Of a stretch of DNA of 64,000 nucleotides, positions 16,734-26,905 are shown piece after piece. Position numbers and translations under genes: made by a program. The notes under the pieces are model-generated. The model was not told the origin of the DNA. It ran no database searches and was given only the letters and a program-made list of their open reading frames with translations. The stretch is from an uncultured Bacteroidota bacterium (GTDB taxonomy: Bacteria > Bacteroidota > Bacteroidia > Flavobacteriales > Flavobacteriaceae), in contig CABXHU010000002.1 in assembly GCA_902512065.1 (NCBI GenBank), forward strand, positions 88,035 through 152,034, in the 5' to 3' direction. The number at the start of each line of letters is the position of its first letter. Within the stretch, counting starts at the first letter, position 1.

Positions 16734-16782
16734 CTACTAAAACAATAAAATGGTTATACTTTTATAAAGTGTAGCCGTTTTT
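16734..16782 (+). repeat. 49-bp direct repeat copy 2 (terminator hairpin copy), 8 nt before the stop of the YHYH gene
   Basis: CTACTAAAACAATAAAATGGTTATACTTTTATAAAGTGTAGCCGTTTTT, with two substitutions relative to copy 1, both in the hairpin stem. Confidence 0.8.
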
Positions 16783-16789
16783 TAATTCC

Positions 16790-17758
16790 TTAAATATCAC
16801 CCTTCAAACATCTTGTGAAAAAAGGAAAATCATCTGTAACTACGTAGTAATAGATACCTTCAGGAAATTCTGGTGTTACACCATAGCGTCCATTACATTG
16901 ATCTAAATCACCTAGTCCGTCAACATATTCATAATCTTGTGTGAATGCTCCCATTTGAATAGGTATATTTGGATTAGTTGTCCCTTGACCAGGACCTCCA
17001 ACTAAAGCGGTCAATGTACTTGGTCGATTGGGGTCAGGTTGACTTTTCAATCTATAGCTCGGTTGTAACGTTTTAACTTGACTAGTAGAATCATCAGCAT
17101 TTGAATAACCATATCTTGCATACACAGGAAAACCATCTGATGCCCACCCTACGATGGTCATACCCTGATTATCTCCCAAAAAATCAATAAGTAATTCAGG
17201 GATACCATGGTAATGATATTCCCCATTAGGTTGAACATGAGCATGGTTCATATCATCTCCAAAATTAAAAGTGTCGTGCCCTAATGCTTCAATATTCCAA
17301 TTCCCTTGACATTGTGCTAAACAACACTCACCCTCATCATTACATTTCCCTGCAGTTGCAGGATCAAATTTGACACTATTTAAAGCATAAGCAATAGCCG
17401 AACCAGGACCACCTACTTCTAATCCACTTTCAGAAACTATTATAGGGCAAAGTGTAAAACTCTCATTTACAGTTTGTTCACTTATAGTGTTTGGATTACC
17501 GTTGTTTGGAAATGTTCCAACCTCATGATTTGGAATTCCATTTCCATTTAGAATTCTGTCATACCCATCAGATGACCAGGAATATCTGCTATAATTGTTA
17601 ATTGATTCATCATCATTGTAGATTTCTTCATTAATATCAACTAATATACCAGCAGTCGAATAATCTCCTGAACAATCAATATTATTTTGTTCTTGGGAAT
17701 CTTCTTTTGTACTGCACGAAAAAGAAATAATTAGAATTAGTAAAATGATTTTTTTCAT
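16790..17758 (-). CDS. YHYH-domain lipoprotein
   Basis: Lipobox ISFSCS. Contains the HAHVQPNGEYHYHG signature of the YHYH protein family. Confidence 0.7.
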   Translation of the reverse strand: MKKIILLILIISFSCSTKEDSQEQNNIDCSGDYSTAGILVDINEEIYNDDESINNYSRYSWSSDGYDRILNGNGIPNHEVGTFPNNGNPNTISEQTVNESFTLCPIIVSESGLEVGGPGSAIAYALNSVKFDPATAGKCNDEGECCLAQCQGNWNIEALGHDTFNFGDDMNHAHVQPNGEYHYHGIPELLIDFLGDNQGMTIVGWASDGFPVYARYGYSNADDSTSQVKTLQPSYRLKSQPDPNRPSTLTALVGGPGQGTTNPNIPIQMGAFTQDYEYVDGLGDLDQCNGRYGVTPEFPEGIYYYVVTDDFPFFTRCLKGDI

Positions 17759-20700
17759 TATTCATTTATAAACTCCTCAAAGGATTTTAAACTTAAGCCC
17801 TCTATTTTAACTTTCTTCTTAAGTTTATTAAACTTTGTTTTAGCCATGTTAAATTCACTTTCAATTAAGCTTAAATTATCAAGTTCATTATCTGAAGGCT
17901 TATCATAACTTGATGCTATTTTACTATATAAATCTGCCATTTTCTCTCTAAGTTGTTTTTTAGCCGTTCCTACATAATTATCCCCAGTTGTTATTACAAG
18001 AGTTTCTTTTAAGTCGTTTAATTTGGAAACAGTCTTTTTATTAGTGTTTTCATCTTCTACAATAGCATCTAACTTATAAACTAAGTATGCTAATCCTTGA
18101 ACCATATTGTACATTTTCATGACAACTTCATATTGCATCTTTCTTTCATTAGGATTTAGACCAGTTTTTTTATCATACTCTACATTGAATACTTTCTCAT
18201 AAGTATCTCTACCTTTCTTAATCACTGCTTTATAAGTTCCAGCGGCAACTCTTGGAGATGTAAATCCTCCAAAACTAAATGTTTTCCCTTTTGCAATTTT
18301 TGGTTGCTTGATGGTATAATTCCAGTTTACTATATTTATTCCTTTTGATTTCCCAGCACCAAGTTTAGCAAGTAAATTACCATCCATGTCTTGAATTTCA
18401 AAAGTCATTTTACCAAACGTATGTCTTTTGGGAAGAAGATATTTTATTTCACAATCAAAAGAAGGGTTTTCTCCAACAAATTGTGTTTCCCTGCCAAAAT
18501 TATCTGCAAATCCACTGTAATCATTCATAGTGTAGGTGTCTTCACTGAAAAAATGCAACTTACTAGAAAGTGTCTCAGGTTTTATTTCTCTTAGAGGTGA
18601 TATGTCATCAATTATAATTACACCTCTTCCATGAGTTCCCATCACAAGATCATTTGTCTGTTTTTGTAGATCAATAAAATGAACTGCTACGGATGGCATA
18701 TTTTTAGTAAATTTTGCCCAATTTTCACCTCCATCTACAGTTATATATAAACCAAATTCAGTTCCTAAAAAAAGTAAATCAGAATTAACATAATCTTCCT
18801 GAATATTTCTTACAAATCCATAAACATCTTGAGATGGAATTATGTTTTTCCAAGTCTTACCAAGATCTGTAGTTTTATAGGCATATGGAGTCATGTCACC
18901 AGATGTATGTCCATCAAAAACTACATATGCTGTATTTGAATCATGTGAGCTTGCCTCAATATGATAAACCCATGTATTTTTTGGAACTCCTTGAACATTA
19001 GAAATAGTATTTTCCCATGTTTTACCTCCATCGGTTGTCACTTGTATATTACCATCATCTGTTCCTACCCATATAATATTTTCATTCAGTGGAGATTCTG
19101 CAATTGTAAAAATAGTGGTATGGTTTTCAGCTCCAGAATTATCCATTGATAAACCGCCAGAATCTTCTTGATTCTGTTTTTCAGAATTATTAGTTGTTAA
19201 ATCAGGAGATATAATTTCCCAGTCGTCTCCCATATCTTCTGATTTATGTAAATATTGACTACCAATATAAAGTCTATTAGGCTTATTAGAACTAGTTGCA
19301 ATAGGAGCATTCCAATTAAATCTATAATCTTCATAACCACTTACAGCAAGAGGCTGTATAGTCTTTACTAGATTATTATCAGCATCATATCTCCAAACAT
19401 TTTCAGCTCCTTGCATTTCAGAATAAATAATATTTTTTGCTGGATGTCTAAGCACTCTAAAACCATCACCTTGCCCTACGGGATTCCACTCTTTAGCAGT
19501 TATTCCCCCTGGTGCAAATGATGGCCCATACCATGATCCATTATCTTGTAGTCCGCCATAAACATTATAGGGAGTCTCATTGTCAATACTAATATGATAA
19601 AATTGAGATAGAGGCAGGTTTTCAACTATTTCCATTGTTGTCCCCTTATTCCAAGATCTGTATACACCTCCATCAGTTCCTACATATAAAACATCTGAAT
19701 TATTAATATCAAAAACTGCATCATGAATATCACTATGCATGAATCCTAAATCTTTAAAAGTTTCTCCTCCATCTTTTGAGATAGATCCAGATAGTCCTCC
19801 TTTAATAATAATGTTTTCATCCCTAGGGTCTACAACTATTCTGGAGAAATAAAAAGGCCTTACCGTGATTCCAAAATCATTATTCATTTGTTTCCAGCTA
19901 TCACCTGCATCAACACTCTTGTATATTCCTTTCTTTTCATTTTTTTCTGCTTCTATTACAGTATATATTACTTCTGGATTTGAATTAGCAACTGCAATTG
20001 CAAGTCTTCCTAAATTCCCTTCAGGAAATCCATTATGAATTTTTTTCCAGTTTACTCCTCCATCAATTGATTTGTATAAAGCACTATTCTCTCCTCCAGA
20101 ATTAAACGACCAGCCTGTTCTTCTAAATTCCCACATGGAGGCATATATAATATTTGGATCATTAGGATTGATTGCTAGATCTGCACATCCTGTTGATTGA
20201 TTCACATATAGTATTTGCTTCCATGTTAATCCACCATCAGTTGATTTATAGACTCCTCTATCCTGACTATCAGACCAGAGAGCACCTAATACACCAACAA
20301 TAATTTCTTTTGAATTATTTGGGTTAACAATAATATTTGCAATTCTCTCAGATTTTTCAAATCCAATTTTTTTCCAATTATTTCCACCATCAACCGACTT
20401 GTATAATCCATCCCCTACTGAAACACTATTTCTAGGCCATGTTTCTCCCGTTCCAACATATATAGTGTTGTCAGGATCATTAGGATCAATTTCTATAGCT
20501 CCAATTGATTGACAAAATTCATCAAATATTGGATTAAATGTAGTTCCTGCATCATTTGATTTCCAAACACCTCCACCTGCAGCTCCAGCATAAATTATTT
20601 TTGGATCTGTTGGATGATTTTCCAGATCATTAATTCTACCACTCATCACTGCTGGACCAATATGTCTAGCTCTTAGATCACCAAATAAGTTTTCTAATTT

Positions 20701-20772
20701 AATGTTTGATTGACTGTATGATGTATTTTGAAATAAAAAAATAGCTATGCAAACTAAAAATATCTTTTTCAT
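17758..20772 (-). CDS. BNR/Asp-box repeat protein, sortilin/VPS10-like double beta-propeller (secreted)
   Basis: Has a signal peptide and many S-x-D-x-G-x-T-W Asp-box motifs (SNDAGTTF, SVDGGNNW, STDGGLTW, SIDGGVNW, SVDAGDSW, TTDGGKTW, TTDLGKTW, TVDGGENW). Confidence 0.8.
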   Translation of the reverse strand: MKKIFLVCIAIFLFQNTSYSQSNIKLENLFGDLRARHIGPAVMSGRINDLENHPTDPKIIYAGAAGGGVWKSNDAGTTFNPIFDEFCQSIGAIEIDPNDPDNTIYVGTGETWPRNSVSVGDGLYKSVDGGNNWKKIGFEKSERIANIIVNPNNSKEIIVGVLGALWSDSQDRGVYKSTDGGLTWKQILYVNQSTGCADLAINPNDPNIIYASMWEFRRTGWSFNSGGENSALYKSIDGGVNWKKIHNGFPEGNLGRLAIAVANSNPEVIYTVIEAEKNEKKGIYKSVDAGDSWKQMNNDFGITVRPFYFSRIVVDPRDENIIIKGGLSGSISKDGGETFKDLGFMHSDIHDAVFDINNSDVLYVGTDGGVYRSWNKGTTMEIVENLPLSQFYHISIDNETPYNVYGGLQDNGSWYGPSFAPGGITAKEWNPVGQGDGFRVLRHPAKNIIYSEMQGAENVWRYDADNNLVKTIQPLAVSGYEDYRFNWNAPIATSSNKPNRLYIGSQYLHKSEDMGDDWEIISPDLTTNNSEKQNQEDSGGLSMDNSGAENHTTIFTIAESPLNENIIWVGTDDGNIQVTTDGGKTWENTISNVQGVPKNTWVYHIEASSHDSNTAYVVFDGHTSGDMTPYAYKTTDLGKTWKNIIPSQDVYGFVRNIQEDYVNSDLLFLGTEFGLYITVDGGENWAKFTKNMPSVAVHFIDLQKQTNDLVMGTHGRGVIIIDDISPLREIKPETLSSKLHFFSEDTYTMNDYSGFADNFGRETQFVGENPSFDCEIKYLLPKRHTFGKMTFEIQDMDGNLLAKLGAGKSKGINIVNWNYTIKQPKIAKGKTFSFGGFTSPRVAAGTYKAVIKKGRDTYEKVFNVEYDKKTGLNPNERKMQYEVVMKMYNMVQGLAYLVYKLDAIVEDENTNKKTVSKLNDLKETLVITTGDNYVGTAKKQLREKMADLYSKIASSYDKPSDNELDNLSLIESEFNMAKTKFNKLKKKVKIEGLSLKSFEEFINE

Positions 20773-20807
20773 AGTTTATTGAATTGAATGAGAATGTATT
20801 TGTTTAA

Positions 20808-21575
20808 TTAGTTTTCTTCTGGAGTTTCTTCTTCAGGAAATGCGAATTCACTATCATCTACTGTTGGATTAATCTCAATACTGTCCATTGTTATTGGAGC
20901 GCCTGGTTGACCTTTTACTCCCTGTGTCATTGAATAAGGCATGTATACATCACCTGCTTCTTGATAATCACTCATTTTAACTTCAGAAACCATTCCTTTT
21001 CCAGGTCCTTCCATAATTTCTTCTTGAACTTGAATAGGAACAAAATTTTCATTGTCAAAAAAGTAGTATGATACACTAGGAACTTCCTTGCCTTCAATAA
21101 TATTTGGTGTAGTAGTTAGTTTAATTTTAAATGTTTCTGCACCATCAACAGTTTCAGTCCCCATTAGTTCAGCTGTATATCCTTTTTCTTTATAGTTTAA
21201 AAATGGATCAGGAAATTGATTCATTTCATTTTTAAGCATATTTATTGCCTCTTCATCACTTTTTTCAGCTTTCTGAGTCATGAAATTTGTGCTCCAAAGA
21301 ACCTCTCCATCAAACACTCCTTGTTTGATTGACTGACCTTGAAAATTAATCGTTGTCATCATTTTACCACTCTTTAACTGAACGATTTCAATAGGAATTT
21401 CCATTCCACCTTGGTTAACTTTAGCACTCATCTTAACACCTTCAATTTTCTCCCAATTTTCCACTCCTCCAGTATTTTCAAAATAGTTACTAATTATTTC
21501 ATCAACTGTTTGCGCGTTTATTGAGTAAGAACAAACTAAGGCGATTAAAACTAATATTCTTTTAAGCATTTTCAT
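20808..21575 (-). CDS. Outer-membrane lipoprotein-sorting (LolA-like) family protein
   Basis: Has a signal peptide. The sequence pattern (NYFENTGGVENWEKIEGVKM, MEIPIEIVQLKSGKM) matches proteins I recall being annotated this way next to BNR proteins in flavobacteria. Confidence 0.55.
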   Translation of the reverse strand: MKMLKRILVLIALVCSYSINAQTVDEIISNYFENTGGVENWEKIEGVKMSAKVNQGGMEIPIEIVQLKSGKMMTTINFQGQSIKQGVFDGEVLWSTNFMTQKAEKSDEEAINMLKNEMNQFPDPFLNYKEKGYTAELMGTETVDGAETFKIKLTTTPNIIEGKEVPSVSYYFFDNENFVPIQVQEEIMEGPGKGMVSEVKMSDYQEAGDVYMPYSMTQGVKGQPGAPITMDSIEINPTVDDSEFAFPEEETPEEN

Positions 21576-21646
21576 TTTCTTTTATTTTAAATAATTTATA
21601 GGTCCCAATTTACAGATTCCATTATAATATATAAAGAATTAAAAGT

Positions 21647-21654
21647 TAAATTTG
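21647..21654 (+). promoter_or_regulatory. -7 promoter box TAaaTTTG upstream of thrB
   Basis: TAnnTTTG match, 26 nt upstream of the ATG at 21680. Confidence 0.45.
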
Positions 21655-21679
21655 TTATAAATAAAATAAGCAATTCATT

Positions 21680-22603
21680 ATGAAAAGTGAAGTCAGAGTT
21701 TTTTCACCAGGAACAGTTTCTAATGTTGCTTGTGGGTTTGATATTCTTGGATTCCCTTTGGAGTCTATTGGAGATGAAATGATTGTTAGAAAAACAACTG
21801 AAAAGGGTATAAAAATTAAGAACTTTTCTGATTATAAACTTCCTTTAGATATTTCTAAAAATGCGGCATCAGTTTCTGCATTGGCGCTAATTGATAGTTT
21901 AAACCCAGATTTTGGTTTTGAAATTGAAATAATAAAAAAAATAAAACCTGGTAGTGGAATTGGTAGTAGTGGTGCAAGCGCATCGGGTTGTGTATTTGCT
22001 ATAAATAAATTAATGGGAGACCCGTTTACCATTGCAGATCTAATAAAGTTTGCAATGAAGGATATGGAGAATGATGGTATGTTTGAGCATCCAGACAATA
22101 TTGCTCCCGCATTATTGGGAGGGTTTGTTTTAGTTAAAAGTCTTTCTCCTTTAGAAATAATAAAAATACCAACTCCAGATGATTTATACTGCACCGTAAT
22201 TCACCCTCACATTGAAATAAAAACTGCTTACTCAAGAAGTATATTGCCAAAGGATGTAAGTTTAGTAAATGCTACAAAGCAGATAGCAAATTTTGGGAGT
22301 CTTATACACAGTTTGCATGTTAGTGATTATGATTTAATCAAAACATCTCTGAATGATCATTTAATTGAAAAACACCGCAGTAAGCTCATACCTAATTTTT
22401 ATGAGGTTAAATCAGCAGCTTTAGAGGCAGGAGCTTTAGGGTGTTCAATCTCAGGATCAGGTCCTTCAATTTTTGCTTTGAGTCAAGGAATTGATAGATC
22501 TATGGAAGTTGAACAAGCTATGAATAAAGTATATTCAGGAACTTCAATAGAATTTTCAACACATGTTTCAAAAATAGGGGATCAAGGAGTTAAGCTAATT
22601 TAA
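21680..22603 (+). CDS. thrB: Homoserine kinase (GHMP kinase)
   Basis: SPGTVSNVACGFDILGF is equivalent to the ThrB N-terminal ATSANLGPGFD motif. The GHMP motif KPGSGIGSSGASASG is present. Size is 307 aa. Confidence 0.8.
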   Translation: MKSEVRVFSPGTVSNVACGFDILGFPLESIGDEMIVRKTTEKGIKIKNFSDYKLPLDISKNAASVSALALIDSLNPDFGFEIEIIKKIKPGSGIGSSGASASGCVFAINKLMGDPFTIADLIKFAMKDMENDGMFEHPDNIAPALLGGFVLVKSLSPLEIIKIPTPDDLYCTVIHPHIEIKTAYSRSILPKDVSLVNATKQIANFGSLIHSLHVSDYDLIKTSLNDHLIEKHRSKLIPNFYEVKSAALEAGALGCSISGSGPSIFALSQGIDRSMEVEQAMNKVYSGTSIEFSTHVSKIGDQGVKLI

Positions 22604-22624
22604 AATATTCATGAACAATAAACT

Positions 22625-24190
22625 CTAAAATTTCAATTCCATTCTTTCAGACCTATATAAAACATCTGATTGTCCCCAACCAGGCTTGTTTAAATCTCTA
22701 TTGACATTTTTAAAAAATATGGTTGCTTCAAAAACTTCTTTATTATTCTCAGTTGAGACTTCAACAACTTTAGCTCTATGAACATTTCTAGGGCTTATAA
22801 AACCTGAAGTAACTAATATATTTTTTGCTTCAGGAAGTAAATCTACATCACTAACAATTCCTGAGAAAAAATCAAAGCCTCTTGCTTTCCCATATTCCCA
22901 TACTTGTTTAAAAGTTTTATTTTTTTCATTCACTTGGTACTCTACAGCTCTAGAATACTTATTGTCATTACCGTAATTTCTATAAGGGCCATTATCAAAG
23001 ACAATAATATTCCCGTTAGGCATAAGATAAGGCGCATGAGGCCCCCATGGAAAATCAAAATCTTCAGCACTTTTTATGCCATTTTGAATATCCTTATTAT
23101 ATGGTTTTCCTTCTTGATTAATGGCAGTAAGTAAATAAGGTTTTGTATCATAGCCCTTTCCTTTTCTACCTGATTTACCCCAATTTTTTTTAGGAGACAT
23201 AATCCACTTTAATTTATCATCCCATGTTACTTTAATTAATCCTTGGTTTCTTCCAGAAACAATAATTGTACTATCTCTTTCATCAAACTCTAAAGAATTC
23301 ATATGCAGCCAATCTCCATTTGTAAAAACATTTTGAGCTTGATTTATGCTCACACGTCTATCAACATCTAAATGCTTTGCTAAATCCCATTCCTTTATGA
23401 CTTTAGACTGTTTTCTATCAAAATGTATCATGAAATCACTGTCAGACAATATAATTTCACCACCACTTTCTATATACGCATCCCTTGTTCCAACGCATAG
23501 TAATAAATCACCATTAGGTAATTCTAGCACATCATGGTGGATACCATAGTTGCTATTTATTTCTGTTATATTAAGTAATTTACCAATCATATCTAACTCA
23601 TATATAGTATTCCTTCCTGCAACTAAAATATTACCATTTTTAACTTTTTGAAATGGTCCAGCCATAGCTTTATGAAAACTTAAATCTAAATACCATCTTA
23701 TTTGACCATTATCATCAAAAATTATTGGAACTGATCGAAATTTACCAAAGTTTGCAAAATGAATATCCAGTGCATGCATACCTGGCTCCATTTTTTCTTT
23801 TTCAATTTTATTTATTCCAATTTCTGGGAAAAAACTTGGCACTTCTGAAGTCTGAATTTCAATCATTTCTACTTGTTTACCACCATCATAATTAAGAGTT
23901 ACTTCAACTTTGTTAAGTTTATTAGGATAAAGTCCTAAAACAGGTATATTTAAACTTGTATTTGATTCTTCAAAAGATTGTTCTACTGGAATGTCACCTA
24001 AAACCTTTATCGATGCTTGGACGGGCACTTCAGAGGTAATATTTAACATTGCTGTTAGTGGCGCAATTTGATTAGGATTTAAAGTAGTTTCTATAGTATA
24101 ATCTAACTTCGAATTACAGCCAGTCAGAAAAAACGAAAGACAAACTAAATAAAGTAGTGCGCTTTTAATTTGGTATATTTTAGTGTGCAT
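22625..24190 (-). CDS. Arylsulfotransferase (ASST)-family beta-propeller lipoprotein
   Basis: Lipobox LTGCNS. An Ig-like N-domain is followed by GIHHDVLELPNGDLLL and WGPHAPYLMPNGNIIVFDNG blocks typical of ASST-like proteins. Confidence 0.55.
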   Translation of the reverse strand: MHTKIYQIKSALLYLVCLSFFLTGCNSKLDYTIETTLNPNQIAPLTAMLNITSEVPVQASIKVLGDIPVEQSFEESNTSLNIPVLGLYPNKLNKVEVTLNYDGGKQVEMIEIQTSEVPSFFPEIGINKIEKEKMEPGMHALDIHFANFGKFRSVPIIFDDNGQIRWYLDLSFHKAMAGPFQKVKNGNILVAGRNTIYELDMIGKLLNITEINSNYGIHHDVLELPNGDLLLCVGTRDAYIESGGEIILSDSDFMIHFDRKQSKVIKEWDLAKHLDVDRRVSINQAQNVFTNGDWLHMNSLEFDERDSTIIVSGRNQGLIKVTWDDKLKWIMSPKKNWGKSGRKGKGYDTKPYLLTAINQEGKPYNKDIQNGIKSAEDFDFPWGPHAPYLMPNGNIIVFDNGPYRNYGNDNKYSRAVEYQVNEKNKTFKQVWEYGKARGFDFFSGIVSDVDLLPEAKNILVTSGFISPRNVHRAKVVEVSTENNKEVFEATIFFKNVNRDLNKPGWGQSDVLYRSERMELKF

Positions 24191-24282
24191 ATTTGATGTA
24201 TTTTATATATACAATACACATTTATTTTCTCTCTCATTTCTGTTATTATTTAGATTAAAAAGATAATTAATACTTTTACCTG

Positions 24283-25158
24283 ATGCATAAGTCTGGATTT
24301 GTAAATATTATTGGTAACCCTAATGTTGGAAAATCAACATTAATGAATTCTTTAATTGGCGAAAAACTTTCAATTATTACTTCAAAAGCTCAAACAACTA
24401 GGCATAGAATTTTAGGCTTAGTCAATGGTGATGATTTTCAAATAGTTTTATCTGACACGCCTGGAGTGATAAAGCCTAGTTATGATCTCCAATCTTCAAT
24501 GATGGATTTTGTAAAAACTGCTATTAATGATGCTGATATTATTATTTATATGATAGAAGTTGGAGAATCAGGTTTAAAAGATGAAGATTTATATAATAAG
24601 ATTAAATCTTCAACTCTTCCTTTGCTATTAGTTATTAATAAAATTGACTTGTCTAATCAAAATGAGTTAGAAGATCAAGTTGAAAAATGGAAAAACAAGC
24701 TTCCAAATGCTGAAATATTTCCGATTTCAGCTCTGGAAAAATTTCAGGTTGAAAGTCTTCTTAAAAGAATAATAGAAATATTGCCAGAGTCACCACCTTA
24801 TTTTCCAAAAGATCAATTAACAGATAAGCCAGAAAGATTTTTTGTTAATGAAATTATTCGTGAGAAAATTCTATTAAATTATAAGAAAGAAATCCCTTAT
24901 TCTGTTGAAATACTTACTGAAGAATTTAAAGAAGATGATAAAATAATTCGAATTAGATCTATAATAATGGTTGAGAGAAACAGTCAGAAAGGGATTATAA
25001 TTGGACATAAGGGTAGTGCACTAAAGAAAATTGGAATTCAGGCACGAAAGGATTTAGAAGCTTTCTTTGGCAAACAAATTCATATAGAGCTATTTGTAAA
25101 GGTCAATAAAAACTGGAGAAGCAATCAAAATCAACTTAAGAGATTCGGTTATAAATAA
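24283..25158 (+). CDS. era: GTPase Era
   Basis: G1 motif GNPNVGKST and G3 motif DTPG, NKID, and a C-terminal KH domain (IIGHKGSALKKIG). Confidence 0.95.
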   Translation: MHKSGFVNIIGNPNVGKSTLMNSLIGEKLSIITSKAQTTRHRILGLVNGDDFQIVLSDTPGVIKPSYDLQSSMMDFVKTAINDADIIIYMIEVGESGLKDEDLYNKIKSSTLPLLLVINKIDLSNQNELEDQVEKWKNKLPNAEIFPISALEKFQVESLLKRIIEILPESPPYFPKDQLTDKPERFFVNEIIREKILLNYKKEIPYSVEILTEEFKEDDKIIRIRSIIMVERNSQKGIIIGHKGSALKKIGIQARKDLEAFFGKQIHIELFVKVNKNWRSNQNQLKRFGYK

Positions 25159-25280
25159 CATTAGTCATTTAAAATTCTTTTTTAGTAAAATCACGTACAT
25201 AAAAATTTTGTATATTGATAATTAAGAACTATTTACTAATAATTCTTAATTATCAAATTGTTTAATTAAAAAAATGAAGA

Positions 25281-26027
25281 ATGAAAAAAATATTTTTATT
25301 ATTATGTCTAGTTGCATTTACTTTTAATGCGGTTGGTCAACAAATTTGGATGTCTGCTTATAAAGTAGATCCATCAAATACAAAACAGGCAAGAGAAGCA
25401 ATAGCTGAAAAGACAAAAACATTCAATACTCTTGAAAGTGAACGATTAATATACACTTATGAAATTGTAGCTGGTGAAAGAGCTAATTATTTAGTTAGAG
25501 TAGGATTTGGCGAATCTTTAGCTCAACTTGATTCATGGGACAATGCAGGATATGATTATTGGATTGAAAATGTTTCGCCTTTAATATCAAATGTTGGGGG
25601 AACAGAATACATGCAATATTCAACTAATGCAAGTTTCGATGATGCTGTGGCTGGATCGAATAGAATTTCTAAGGTTTTGCACTATAATGTAAGCAGGAAC
25701 GGTGGTCCAGATTTTTGGCAATTTAGAAGAAGAGTTGCAAAGGCTGCAGAAAAAGTTGGCAATGTGAGTTTAAATGTTTGGGCTGGATCATTGGGCGGGC
25801 CTAATGGTCATGTAATAGTGGGTTATGGCAGTAAAGATATGTCTGGAATTGACAATGAAACTGAAACATGGCCTAAGGTAATTCAGGCATACAAAGAGCT
25901 ATATGGTGAAGAATCTTTTGAGACTGACCAAAAAGCTTTCAATGAGAGTCTAAATCCTTGGGGAAATTATTCTGAAATATGGAGATGGTTACCTGAATTA
26001 AGTTCGCCAGCAGTATCAATTAATTAA
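25281..26027 (+). CDS. Secreted hypothetical protein (paralog A)
   Basis: Has a signal peptide. It shares blocks with the next ORF: K-T-x-x-F-N, a RV-G segment, and YW[IV]xNV[SM]P. Confidence 0.7.
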   Translation: MKKIFLLLCLVAFTFNAVGQQIWMSAYKVDPSNTKQAREAIAEKTKTFNTLESERLIYTYEIVAGERANYLVRVGFGESLAQLDSWDNAGYDYWIENVSPLISNVGGTEYMQYSTNASFDDAVAGSNRISKVLHYNVSRNGGPDFWQFRRRVAKAAEKVGNVSLNVWAGSLGGPNGHVIVGYGSKDMSGIDNETETWPKVIQAYKELYGEESFETDQKAFNESLNPWGNYSEIWRWLPELSSPAVSIN

Positions 26028-26046
26028 TAACTTAAAAAAATAGAAA

Positions 26047-26808
26047 ATGAAAAAAATAATTTTATTAGTTTTTGTTTTACCATTATTTGTTTTTTCTCAG
26101 AATAATCCAAATGCGGAATATTGGCAATTAAACAGATGGGAAGCAAAAGAAGGAATGGCAAAAGAATTTGAATCAGCTGTTTCTAAAAAAACTCAGAAAT
26201 TTAATAACTCTGAAGAAACTGCAATTTTAACCTTTCAAATATCTACTGGACAAGATTCAGGAAAATACATGAGAGTAGTTGGACCAAAAACTGCAGATTT
26301 TTTTAATCAAAGTTTATCTGATTCAGATGAATATGCATATTGGGTGAAAAATGTTATGCCTTATGTAAAAGATCAAATGGGTAATGTAAGAACTGCAAGA
26401 CTTGGAGATTTATCATATAATTGGGACAGTTCTGAAGCACCAAAAAAGTATGTCAAATTTACAACTGTCAGATTAAAATCTGAAGATTCACGTGATTGGT
26501 TTGATTTTATGAGAAGGGATGCAAAACTTAAGAGAGACAATGGTTATACTGGAATAAGAGGTGTATTTTATGTTGTTTCTGGTAGTCAATGGGAAATTCA
26601 TGTAGTTGAACCTTATGATTCACATGGAACTAGATTGGGGACATTTGAGAATGACTCATTTGATTATGAAGATAAATATAATGAAATGTTTGGTTGGAGA
26701 GCATTAGAATATGATAGAAGAAAAAGAAATGAGGCTATACGAGATTACGCAGGTGATGTTGTAGAAACATTAGAATTTAGACCTGAAATGTCTACTTCAA
26801 ATCAATAA
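26047..26808 (+). CDS. Secreted hypothetical protein (paralog B)
   Basis: Has a signal peptide. Its length and block order match 25281-26027. Confidence 0.7.
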   Translation: MKKIILLVFVLPLFVFSQNNPNAEYWQLNRWEAKEGMAKEFESAVSKKTQKFNNSEETAILTFQISTGQDSGKYMRVVGPKTADFFNQSLSDSDEYAYWVKNVMPYVKDQMGNVRTARLGDLSYNWDSSEAPKKYVKFTTVRLKSEDSRDWFDFMRRDAKLKRDNGYTGIRGVFYVVSGSQWEIHVVEPYDSHGTRLGTFENDSFDYEDKYNEMFGWRALEYDRRKRNEAIRDYAGDVVETLEFRPEMSTSNQ

Positions 26809-26827
26809 TTTTATTCTTATATGATTT

Positions 26828-26866
26828 TAAAAGAGCAGCTTAATTTTAAGCTGCTCTTTTTTTTTA
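26828..26866 (+). terminator. Rho-independent terminator
   Basis: AAAAGAGCAGCTTAA-TT-TTAAGCTGCTCTTTT is a near-perfect hairpin followed by a T run. Confidence 0.8.
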
Positions 26867-26881
26867 ATATAATTTTACCAT

Positions 26882-26889
26882 TACATTTG
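26882..26889 (+). promoter_or_regulatory. -7 promoter box TAcaTTTG upstream of der
   Basis: TAnnTTTG match, 17 nt upstream of the ATG at 26906. Confidence 0.5.
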
Positions 26890-26905
26890 CACACATTTTA
26901 ATATT

